A stretch of 64,000 nucleotides of DNA from Fimbriosthenelais zetlandica (Eukaryota). How positions within the stretch are numbered: position 1 is the stretch's first letter; every line of letters begins with the position of its first letter. Position numbers and translations under genes: made by a program. Below, piece after piece: positions 1 to 11,333 of this stretch. Location of the stretch: contig OZ365111.1 in the NCBI GenBank assembly GCA_977030845.1, forward strand, positions 10,726,001 to 10,790,000. The letters are read 5' to 3'. The notes below the pieces were generated by a model, which saw only the letters and a program-made list of their open reading frames with translations, did no database searches and had not been told where the DNA came from.

Positions 1-79
1 AAAATAAAAGAATGTTTGTGTTTAGCTTTGTGCTAATCAATTTTTATCTAATTCTAAAATGAACCTTTCTTTACAACAG

Positions 80-2300
80 GCCTGTGCTAAAGTGGTGCGC
101 TACACTAACAGTCAGCTCGATAACATCAGGTTTGGTTTGGACGGGAAAAACGTGGAGGCTGTATTGTCAGAGTTGGGAGTACGGTTCCACCGTGTTATCT
201 ATGATCATTTACTCCAGTTCCAGTATAATTCTATGGGTAAGTACCCCTCTTACTAAATTACAATATTTGATATTCCCCCAAAAGTTACTCTATAGGCCTT
301 GGTTGGATATTCACAACATGTACTGTAAGTAATTTTCCGTGAACTGTCAGCCAGCCAAATTTCCTTCTATTTATAGACTTTATTGTGCTCCGAATAGACA
401 AGATGTGTTCATTTAATTTAATATTTAATGCACCTACAAGAACCTGTGACGTACTTAAATGAACATTTTCATAATTATACTTAGCTATATATGTGCCTGT
501 ACCATTTCCTTTTCATTATGATTGCTTTATTATATTGTCCTCAATCAAGGGTTACTTTTTCCACATTGATGATATAATTTATGTTTTCAATTTCTTTCAG
601 GCGCCATGTTGGCTATCTGTGATGTGAATGAGTACCGTAAATGTGTGAAGGATTTCCACGTACCTATGGTATCTCAACTCTTTGACACGCTCCATGGTTT
701 GTGTAACCTTCTCGTAGTCGTTCCTGACAACCTCAAACAAGTCTGTACCGGCGACCAGTTGGTGAGTGAACAATTTTAAATTAAAATTTGAGGCACTCAG
801 TCACTCTTTTTAATTAAATTTGTGTTTTTTTCCACCACCCTTCCCTCCTGGATATTCCCCCATAGAAAAATTTAAAAATGTAAATATTTTTAACTAAAAC
901 TCTAAGGAACTCATAAGGATTGTGAAGATATTACATATTTTGGAGAAATTGAAGGAATTTCCATCCAGAATTATTTTAGGGATTAGTTATGAAATTTCCA
1001 TAAAATTAGACAGAAGTTGAGTCATACACTACTGCCCTACATTTAAACCTACCGTTGGAATTTGAGCACAGGTCAATAAAGCATAAACATTATAACAATG
1101 GAGCTAAGACAATAGAGGAAATTCCACTTCAAGAGGCGCTTGAAGTTATTGATGATATTTGTGCCGGGGAAGTGACCTGTAAACACTCCCCTCCTCCATT
1201 AGCTCTATTCACAACAGACCGGCAAGCGATGCGATGTAATTAAATGTTATCAAATATTTAAACTTGACTGATCCGCCTGATGGGCAGGGCTCCGTCGGTT
1301 GGTACACCTCTAGTGGTTGGTTCGGATCAATAGGAGCGCTGTAAACGTCTTGGCAGTGGGTAGCCTCTTTTTTGTGATTAACAAAAGAAGTGATCATCAA
1401 AGGGGGATGGGGAAAGGGGAAGACTAAAAAAGAATTGAAACTATTGGAAATTAGTCTCCTCTATAGAAGTGGGAAATGTTTATTTATTCATTGATCAATA
1501 GATGCTTATCTATAGGTGGGCGGGCTATTGTATTTATGGAGAAGACAGTCACATTGGTCCTTTGGAAATGAGATATTGAGCAATTATCAATAAATGGATA
1601 TATACTCTACATGTATATGAATATATGCCATTTATATGAATATATGCCAGTTATCAAAGCTTTAACTCTTCCTGGCTGGAAAAATGAAACATATCCTTCC
1701 AAAGTTCTCCACTTCCTGGCTGGAAATTTCAAAATAAAATTCTAACTGGAAACTCTTGGGTGCTTTAGGGGGACTTTTGAAGGAATATTTCCTCCATTTT
1801 TTACATATCAAACGCCCACGTACTGGAACTTAGGTCTGGGCTCCATTCTGTTTGTGTATACATGTATGCCCATTAGTGAGGACTGCATGACATGAAATTT
1901 TAATTCAAAAGTCTATTCACGTAAGAACATGGTAATGCTTCCCTTGACAATTTAGCTGCTACCTTTGGGGATTGAACTGTTATTGAGATGCATAAAGTAC
2001 AAGGTTATGCTTCTGAATCTTTTTATTCTAATTATAATATTTTTGGAATCCAGAAAGGCCTAGGATTGAGAGAACTTGACCAATCTCGTAATTTAATCCG
2101 ATAATATAAGTCATTGATTCATAGTCCGATAGATTTTCCCACAAATGCATCTATTCTTCTATAATAGCACATATTTTTCATAAAATCTAATCAAATATCT
2201 TGGTTTTTTACAGACTGGTTTGGACAAATCTGTACTTCTGTCCTTCGTACAACTCCGAGCTGACTACAAAACAGCGCGATTAGTAAATCACTTCAAATAG
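80..2300 (+). CDS. EXOC5: Exocyst complex component 5 (Sec10), last three coding exons; gene starts upstream of the window
   Basis: Exons 80-236, 601-761 and 2214-2300, all with AG/GT borders and matching phases. They splice to ACAKVVRYTNSQLDNIRFGLDGKNVEAVLSELGVRFHRVIYDHLLQFQYNSMG-GAMLAICDVNEYRKCVKDFHVPMVSQLFDTLHGLCNLLVVVPDNLKQVCTGDQL-TGLDKSVLLSFVQLRADYKTARLVNHFK*, matching the Sec10/EXOC5 C-terminus as I recall it (DGKNV, ELGVRFH, LAICD, FVQLRADY). Confidence 0.95.
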
Positions 2301-4039
2301 AAAGTAAACTTAAATATTGAAAACAAATTCGACTGTCGGAAGATCTTAATACTCTAGGGATATATCTTAATTCCAATTAAATAATTGTAAACGCGAGTAG
2401 ATCAAATGTTTGGAGTTTGTTTGATCATCACTGAGCTAAACATTTCATATGACGTTGCCTAGAGTCTGACCTGCACACTTCTGATCTCAAACGTGCAATA
2501 TTTTCTACAGAAAATATTACCTTTTCTGTCCTATTTCACCATTGCTACCTACGTTCGGAAGCTATCACGTCAAGTCCTTCCACTGTTCCCAAAGCTACCC
2601 CAATTGTTACCTGACTTTGCCCTAGAAACGCTTAGATATTTATCATGATCATGAACAATTTAATGTGGAATAGGTATTCATTTCCATTCAAATGTAATCA
2701 AGTTCAAATTAAAACTCGGGGGAATGCTTTCCAAGAGAAAGTTTTTTTTTACCAAAGAGTTTATAATGGTTGTTACATTGTGGCAAAGAATAATGGTACA
2801 CCATATCAGGCTTGTAAATTTTCTGGTAATTTGGTATGTAATATAATTATTTATAAATATATATATCTTTACTGAGTTGAATTAGGTGTACCGTGAAGTG
2901 CTGTACTTCTCAGTGGTTAAATTTTGTTTCTCATGTGGACATATTTTACCAATATCCTTGCTTTAAACCTGATATTCAACTGATGTAAATTCATGTTCAT
3001 TGACATCTAGTGGCTGATGTTTGGGCAGAATTTGGCCCTGTGAATTGAATTGTAATTAAATTGCTTAATTGCTATGAAGTTTTACTACATGCCACAGAGG
3101 TGTCTAAGCAGTCATCGATATATACATATGTAATCTATTAAATCATGCAGTAGGTTGCATTGTTATACAGATATGGGGTGAGAAGTATAATTATTGTATG
3201 CCAATGTATTGATGAATGCCGGATCTGTATAGATCTACCAATGAATGCAAACTTGTTACTATGTACAAGTTAGGTGGGGCATCTACCTAAGCTACTGAAG
3301 TACTTTCAAGCGATGAAAGTACATTTTAAAGTTCATTTTGCGATTAAAGTACATTTTCCGAGTATACAAAATAGCTGTATCATATTTTTATTATTTACTA
3401 TAAAAAAATATCAACACCAGTAATGGAATATCTCGCTGACATTGGAAAAAATTAAGTGAACTGAAACTTAATCGAGTTGGATTTACACATTTTCATATCA
3501 GAGAAAAAGCTGATCTGCAGAGGGAAATCACTACATCAATGCTTGTTCTTCACACATAGTATATTGTATAATAATTCACGAACTTTTTATCACAATTCCC
3601 AAGACTTAATTCAAACAAGACGATTAGGAAAATTCGGGTTTTCTAGCAATTTTCATACATTGACTGCGTGCACCTGCCCTAAGTCTATATTTAATCAGTT
3701 TCTAACAGATTCTAACCCATTCCTATCCAACCCCTTCCTTCTCTTATGGTACCGGTACACATTTTAATCTTTGAATATTGATGAAAGGAGATTAAACACA
3801 ATTAAAGCATGATAAGTCTAAGGGAAAATGTGTGAAACTTTCTCCCCACTGTTTAATGCCTCAATTTGCTACCCTATATATTTATCACATTTTGATCTCT
3901 GTCTTGGCAGGTTTCATAACCAATTTCCGCCAGAAGTCCGTGTACTTGCTCCCATATCAATCAGTAATGTAAATACTTGTGTGCACAAATAGGTGTTGCA
4001 GTTGCACATCCATTGCTTAATGTTTCAGATAATCCAGTT

Positions 4040-4249
4040 TCACATAACTCCCACTTGGTTATTGGCCGTCCTGGGTCGGCTATTTGAGTTTCTTAAATCT
4101 TTTTTCCCCGTAACCAGCAAGGTTTGAGTGTCACGACACATTCTTTGAAAAAATCGCCAGCTGCAGCAACAGATGATCATTAGGATGAAAAAACCGCCAA
4201 ATCCGACTGAAAGTCCAATGATCATTTCTGTCGAGATCTTGAAAGCCAT
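4040..4249 (-). CDS. Small (69 aa) single-pass membrane protein, uncharacterised
   Basis: MAFKISTEMIIGLSVGFGGFFILMIICCCSWRFFQRM...: one hydrophobic helix followed by a CCC cluster and a basic tail. The ATG lies 6 nt after a strong acceptor (ttttcag, exon starts 4255), and an upstream donor (AAG/gtaagc at 4536) suggests a spliced 5'UTR. Confidence 0.7.
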   Translation of the reverse strand: MAFKISTEMIIGLSVGFGGFFILMIICCCSWRFFQRMCRDTQTLLVTGKKDLRNSNSRPRTANNQVGVM

Positions 4250-5056
4250 TTTGAACTGAAAAGAGTGAAACAGATGAGGTATAATGATTGGTTGATAGTG
4301 TGAAATTCAATAGGGTCTGTGTCGTGGTTCAAGAATTTCTCAATAGACGCAGGAAAATGTATTGTAGAAACTTCATTAGACTTTTAACCCAATACCTTCA
4401 GTCTAAAATAGTTTGATACTGCCCAATACCATCCGACAAGTGCTTGTGAAACAAAGAACAATTCCTGACAAAACATTTTATATATAATGGAGAGAAATAG
4501 AAATGCCTATATAAATAAAAGTATATGGGGCTTACCTTTTGATGTGGTAAATGGATATATATGAAGATTCAGTGAGAGTTTAACCTATTTGTGGTTGTGT
4601 AGCATGATATGTAGTCTATGATGGAGCATGAGTGAGTGACTCGTCATTCACCTATGTGGACTCTACATGGGTATTGATCGCTCACTGACCGCACTATCTC
4701 CCCCTGTCGTCCAAATCTCACAATGGGAAGACGCCCGCCATAGCCCAAGTGTATCTATGGTAATGATAGGCCTCCATAATACATAGCCTAATTTTTGGTT
4801 AAAAATTATTAATTTATGTAGAAATTTTAAATAATATTTAATTCTATATAAGAAACCGTGGCTATTTTGGAGAATGTCTCAATGGTGTAGGCCTAAAGTC
4901 GGGGTGGCCATAAACTTATATGAGGCATTATGCCTTATGGATTGGCCCACGCCATCAGTTGACCATACAATGGTTCTTCATTTAGTGGTTGAGTGATGGT
5001 AAAAGTCAATTTGCTATGGTTTATGACATAATTATCTACTGATTACCATGGTCATT

Positions 5057-5319
5057 GCATACTTGCCAACTGTACCGATTTAGGCGGTACAGTACCGATT
5101 TTAGACCAATGTACCGCCGTACCGCCCCAGTGTGATAATGTACCGATTTTTAGAATTTCCTTTCTGAAACGGAGGAAAGATGCCCTGCTGTGGGGAGGAT
5201 GACGATAGTGCGTAATCAATGTTTCAGGAAAAGTGTTTAGTTTTGAAGTTGTGAAGATTCATCTGTCGGGATAGCTTGTTCCCACCCTGTGACAGAGCCA
5301 CATTTAGTTGGAAATCATG
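5057..5319. mobile_element. Degenerate hAT-like MITE
   Basis: Left end GCATACTTGCCAAC (5057-5070) and imperfect inverted right end GTTGGAAATCATG (5307-5319), with several internal GTACCGAT/GTACCGCC subterminal repeats. No clean 8-bp target duplication seen. Confidence 0.45.
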
Positions 5320-6084
5320 AATTTAGCATTTGATAAGTCTGAGGAGCTTGATGGTACAACCATGAAAAACAAATTGACTTAGGCCTATCATATGCATGTG
5401 CTGCATAAAATATGTGCAAACTAATATTAATGCAATCAGAATCTTATGCTTAAAATGGCTCAAGAGAGAAATGGGTGAAGTGACAAATCAGTGCTTGAAA
5501 ACGATTCCTTAGTTTGCAAGGACAAATCTTTGTCCTATCTGATTATGACAGAAAGCTGACTTTGTCAGGAACTGGTCATGTCACATTGTTATTAGGTTTC
5601 AAATTGATTTAAAAATTAAAAATGAAACATGACCTTGACTTGTCTAGGTCTGGAAGCGGAAGTTAGTGGTTTGGAACGAGCATTGGGACATGAAGTGAAG
5701 GAGTCCTAAGGGGTAGTGTAAAATTGATGTGATGTGAATAAAGCAATGGATTAGTTGGGCCGGGGCTTCTGGTAGAATCAGATGTACATGTTATACCAGC
5801 GTCTTGGGAATTGTTGGGCGAGTACTTTTGGAAGGTCACACCAATCCATTGATCCCCATTTAATTGCATTAGTAAGTTGCATCCAACAGGAAGAGATATA
5901 AGTCTATAGGTTCAAGTTGTACATCTGAAATTTTCCATTTGTCAGTAGATAACTAAGGCTATATATTTGGAACAGTTTGTTCCCGGGGGCAAAGGAATAT
6001 TTGGCCTATACCATATATAGAGACCAATCTAAGTTAGGTTGTATAGTATGTCTTAAATATTGTGAGCCATTTTCCAGAAACATT

Positions 6085-6214
6085 TCTGATCATTAATTCG
6101 GGTTCAATGTCCAGAATCCAGGCAATTTTTCTAGTTTTTTGACACTTTTATTACAAACCAATTTCCTCTTCACGGAGTCTGATCATTAACTCGAGTTCAA
6201 TGTCCAGAATCCAG
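6085..6214. repeat. 37-bp direct repeat, two copies
   Basis: TCTGATCATTAA(T/C)TCG(G/A)GTTCAATGTCCAGAATCCAG at 6085-6121 and 6178-6214, 2 mismatches. Confidence 0.85.
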
Positions 6215-6850
6215 ACCATTGCCTTATAGGCATAGGCCCTACCTGTTCCACACAGCTTTACACCTGGCGCATTGCCCCAGCATAAATAATTTAAAATTCT
6301 GACTGGGCCTGGATTATGGTAATTATTAGTCTGGACATGGACAACTGACGATTTAATTAATTCTAATGAACACCTGTTACAACTAACCTACAATTAGGCC
6401 TATAGGCTACTCCGAATGGAGTTGATCTGGCTTGCATAGCTTATAAACCTACTATAGATACTGATCGAATATTAATAAGATTGCTTTCACCAACTGTATA
6501 AATTTCTCATTTGTGCTTTTAAAGCCTCGGGCAAAATAATGAGAACTCATGAAAATAATATGTTAAAAAAAATATTTATTCGCCTTATAGTCTGGTTTGG
6601 GACACTCAAAGGGATCAGCGAGAGTAACAGTTACATAAAAACTGTTGGACTTTGGACAGGTAACATGCAAATCACCAGGCAGCAGTTTTCACTCAGATTG
6701 AATATAATAGAAAGTTTATGAATATATCATCAACGTCGGACAGGTATAAGTCCATAACATCACAGATAAGAAATTATCCAAATAAGTTAATCAAAGTTAG
6801 TTTTAAATTAGGCCTTATAGTTAAAATAGGCGTAGGTCATTGGCTACAAC

Positions 6851-9110
6851 TCAGTTCTTTGATACAGGAAGTTGAGGTTCTTCAACCTCCTGCATTCCTT
6901 CAGGAACAGGGGCATTATGAAAAACTAATTGTTCCAGAGTTTCAGGATCAAGGAGAATATTGGGCATTTGTTGCTCAGCTTCATGCAACCTCCTTATCCG
7001 CTGATGCCTGGGATTGTATGGGTTGAAACGTCTTGGTCCCCTATTGTCTGAAGAAGACGTTGTGGCTTGCATCTCCACTTCCTCTTGGGTATTGTGTGGG
7101 TCATCGGACTGGACTATAATAGGAGCTTCTTGTAGGACAATAATAGGGGCTGAGGTATCAGTAAATTCTGAACCGTAAACAGAACTGTGACCTGTAACGG
7201 AGACTGTGGTGGTTGTAGTGGTTCGCGAGGTGCTCGTGGATGTGTTGCCCTCCTCGTTCAGTCGAGCTGCTCGCTGCACTGCAGATGATTCTGATTCACT
7301 ATTGTTTTCAATTGCATTTCTTTTGGTTTCCCCTGAAAGGAAAAAAAATGTATTTAATTTAATGTAAATTTAATTTTGGCAGATCATTTTTTAATCAGAA
7401 TGATGTCATAAAAGAGGCTTAAAAGCCTTTAGCATTTCTTTTGGTGTCTTCTAAAATGTAAACTTTTCATAGGGCTATTATTAATAGGACAAAATTAATA
7501 ATTACGCCAGAATTTTTTTTTATCAGAATGATATAGGCCTATTATAATAGACCTACTATGATATTATTTAGGCACATGTAGGCCTATACATACAACCTGC
7601 AGTAGCCTACCTGAAAAGTCTAGGAAGGCAATGCCCCACGTGATGCTCCAGAACCAGCCAAATAGTAGGAAGGCTGTGGTGAGCAGTTGGAAGAAGCCCA
7701 CCCAGGAGTTAATCCAGAGGGCACTGGTCTTCTCACTGTGGACAGGGCGTGGTACAGAGCAGCACAATACTGACACACCAGACACAAAGGTTCCTGGAAT
7801 ATCAATTAACTTAATTATTAACCTAGGACATATTCTTGAAATCAAAGCAATTATAAACTTAGCCAGGTTGCTAAAACGATCTTAAAAAGCATCTTAATAG
7901 AAGTCTATAGACTAGGCATATTATATTTGAGAATAATTATATTGATCAATGTATTGTTTTTGTTCCAAAAAGCTGAAAATCCACGCCACTTGAGAAAAAA
8001 ATGCGCCTCCCCGACGGGGAATTGAACCCCGGTCTCCCGCGTGACAGGCGGGGATACTAACCACTATACTATCGAGGACTGGCTATTACAATCTCTGAGT
8101 GAGACGCTAGTGTTACATCAACGCTGCCTACCAATAGGATCACAGCATATGGGCGTCAGCGTCTGCAGGCTGACCTACTTTGGTGGCCCAATGACCTAGT
8201 TTAGTTTGGTAACATTCGGACAGGGATTCGAACTCAGCCAATAGCCCACAGAATACAGATGTTATTGAAACAAAAGATAGACCCAGACTTATGAAATAAT
8301 TATTAAACTAACCAAATCCGGGGATGATAATGTTGAGTATGAGACATATAACAGCCAGGGCTTTGGGCATATCTGGGATAGCGTTCCTCAGGTTGGTAGT
8401 TCCAGCGTCCGCCGTTCGTGTCACTTCGACCGTTCGCTGGATTACTATTGAGGGAGTCCTCTTCCTTCCAGTTCCCGCCTCAGCCTGGAATCAAATAATA
8501 GGCCTACTGTTTAACTTTAAACGTAATTTAGGTCCCCGAAACAGAGCGCGTTCCATTTAGGATTTCTGTGTTATCTGTTTTATTAATCATAGACATAAAT
8601 CTATGTCTATTTTCCCCCACTTATATGTAGTCCGTATTAGGCCGTATTGATAGATCTTTAGTAAACATTTTGCAAATATTATCAGCTATATGACCAGAGG
8701 AAAATGAACAAATATATTTATTTTCGAATAATATTTCCACCTACCATGTAACCTGGCATAACGGGTCGCCAACCATCCAATCCTCGGGGTGTCTTTGGTT
8801 GACGAGGGGAGGGAAGTGGGGACGGGGATGGGGATGGGGATGGGGGAGGGAGGTTCAAAGATAGGGAATAAGGGTGGGTGGGTGTGGGTTGGGGACTAGG
8901 TTGGGTTGAAGCTGGGTATTCCATGTCGATCTCTTTATGAGTCGGCTGTGGGGTATCTTGGGGTGTAGGTTGGGGTGTTGGTTGTGGGGTGTCTTTGGGT
9001 TCAGACTGGGATGTTGCCTGTGTGGCATCTTGGGTTTCGGGTGTTGTTGTTTGTTGGGTAGGCTGGAGTTTGCGTTGTGGGGTGGGTTGAAGGGTAGGTT
9101 TTGGATTCAT
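6851..9110 (-). CDS. stum / SPEC3 (ectodermal ciliogenesis) family membrane protein, about 400 aa
   Basis: Exons 9110-8745, 8484-8313, 7793-7611 and 7332-6851, phases consistent (1203 nt). The core [36 protein letters not shown]...LWINSWVGFFQLLTTAFLLFGWFWSITWG matches the stum/SPEC3 signature (AIP.MP..AVICL.LN..PG.GT; GW.WSI.WG). The core is flanked by a PQPT-repeat N-terminus and a low-complexity C-terminus. Confidence 0.85.
8007..8078 (-). tRNA. tRNA-Asp (GUC)
   Basis: Reverse complement TCCTCGATAGTATAGTGGTTAGTATCCCCGCCTGTCACGCGGGAGACCGGGGTTCAATTCCCCGTCGGGGAG: 72 nt, paired acceptor stem, GTC anticodon, intact A and B boxes. A downstream T-run at 8001-7995 fits a Pol III terminator. Confidence 0.97.
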
Positions 9111-10763
9111 GTTGGAAGAATATTCCAAAGATCGCGGAGTTTGTCCCACCTGCATTTTAGTAGTTTTAAGTTGGCCTATACATTGGGATGTGCCAGAACA
9201 AACTGCAAGCAAAAAGATAAAAATAATATTTTCCCTCAATTTAGCCTAATTGAGGGAATGGATCAATACAAGTTTTCCCACGAATTTCTTATGAAATACT
9301 GTTTTTAATCAATATTATATCAAGGAAAGAAATATGTGTATATATAATATGAGATGCTTCCCTATACACATTATGTAGGCCTAATAAATTTGATATAGTA
9401 TTATTATCCTCGAGGGAAACATGGGGATTAAAATGTATAATTATGAATTAATGTTATGATATGACTTCATAGCCCGGAACTCATTCTGTTTCGTGTAGGA
9501 AATAGTTATTGGTACTGTAATAAACACATTTAATGTGCAATAATATAAGACAATCTGGTGACCTAAAGATAAAATAATTCGTAATAGGAAGAGTAATGTC
9601 TACAATATATTCGGAAGTACATTTTGCCTCTAGTGTTATAATGATTACTAACAGTTAATTACTATAGGCCTATTGATTGATCACTAGCTTCACCAGAATC
9701 GACAATGTGTCTCAAATGATTCTCTCCTGACAAAATCAAATTAGTTTAGGATTATATATAATTTCAAGATATTACAGATAAAATATATCTTAAAGTAAAA
9801 CATCTCGACCCACCTGTAGCTATCGGTAAGAGATGGTGATGATGAGGAAACACCAAAAGCAAGCTCCCCACCCTTCAGGGTGATTAAGGCGATAATATAG
9901 GTTCGTGTTCCAATAGAGATCCCTCATACATTATTTACCATCTCTGGGCCCTGTAACTCCGCTTCTCCAGGATGGACATGTGTATGAGGTGTGTAGAAGT
10001 TCCGAGAAACACGATTTTATATTGATTATGACCAGAGTTAGTTGTACACTTGATGGAGGGTGTAATTTTGACAAAGGTTAGCTGGAGAGGTATTTTGCCT
10101 CATCGATATCATATTTTTAATTGCCTTTTGTGAATGGGAATGTCGATGATAAACTATTAAATTACATTTATAAATTAATTTAAATTTTATTTTTCATAAT
10201 GTAATATGTTATCGAAGTTAATTTAAACAATTTGCATTTTAATAAGTGTTTTCTGGAATGGAAACTGATAAAGATCTATTATGACAATTACGAAAAATTA
10301 TTATAAAGGTAAAGCTTGTCTATTTTGAAAGACAACAGGTGGCAACACTTGGCGCCAATGGGAATAGATTCCTCCCAGACATTAATGAGTATGGTGAGGT
10401 GGGTTGGGGGTTGGGTGGCGATGAGTTGGGGTTGCTCCGTTTTATGACAAATAAATATCCTGAAAGGTATATGGAACTTTGGAGAGTAAATTACCAATTT
10501 TAACATTCTCCAATATATTTGCCAATAAATGGCTGCAGGGAAGAGAGTGCTTAGTATACCAACACATTATACCATTGATATATAATAAAAGTGAAACAAA
10601 AGGGCAGCTCGGAATCTTTGGTGTGTATGTTATAAAGCATCGAAACGGAAAATGCGCAAATGTAAGGAATCTTATCTAGTACAGCATGGCAGGACCAGCC
10701 ACTGTAAAGTGGAGAATGGACGGGGTGATAGGGGGTGGAAAACTCTCATGAATCTTTGAACGC

Positions 10764-10818
10764 GTTTTCCTATGACAACCATGGGAACGCTGCACAGCAA
10801 TTGGCTGCCAATTTAGCC
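10764..10818. promoter_or_regulatory. Candidate RFX X-box plus CCAAT boxes between divergent genes
   Basis: GTTGTCATAGGAAA on the minus strand (10779-10766) matches 13/14 of RTHNYYWTRRNRAC and overlaps a second half-site, GTTCCCATGG. ATTGG and CCAAT follow at about 10800-10814. Confidence 0.4.
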
Positions 10819-11333
10819 ATAAGGTTCCTCAAGATAGCGGGCGGTGTGGCGTGATCAAATGTTCCGCTGATCGGGTGAAGATGGGACTTTCAGTACCACC
10901 TCCGGCCTAATCAAAATCAATTCGATTCTACACTGTATTATAGAATGGAGTTTAATACTAACAATTATCAGAATTACCAAAGATTATCTTGAGACCAAAT
11001 GATTTTTTTAAACAAGTAACAAGTCTCCATTTTATATACATGTATCTTAATTATGCAGAAAATAGATCCATCAGATGTAATAAGATAGAAATAATCAATT
11101 TTAAAAATCAGCAGGCCAAGCACAGATGGAACATAATCAAATCCCGATTTGCATTACATAGCCCAAATCGATCGCGTCTACACTGATCTTCTACGGGTTA
11201 GCCTACCATTTTGAGGTGGGCCACTATATACAGCAGATCGAACACCTTCAACCGGCTTCGGAGCAGCTCGCAATTGAACGCTGATCCAATCCAATCATTC
11301 ATCTGCTCAACAGTGAACAACGCAAAGGAAATA

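Noticed and set aside
1055-1243. Plus-strand ORF faintly like carnitine/choline acyltransferase (PPPLALFTTDR)
   Set aside because: Only a few residues match, with no splice sites or neighbouring exons; kept only as part of the unexplained island.
5663-5869. 68-aa minus-strand ORF
   Set aside because: No recognisable motif; the nearby acceptor at 5924 leads to early stops in all frames, so probably UTR.
8223-8233. Lone B-box GTTCGAATCCC upstream of the tRNA
   Set aside because: No properly spaced A-box or cloverleaf; not a second tRNA.
8937-9308. Cys/Gly/Leu-rich 123-aa ORF resembling a keratin-associated protein
   Set aside because: Antisense shadow of the PQPT-repeat exon.
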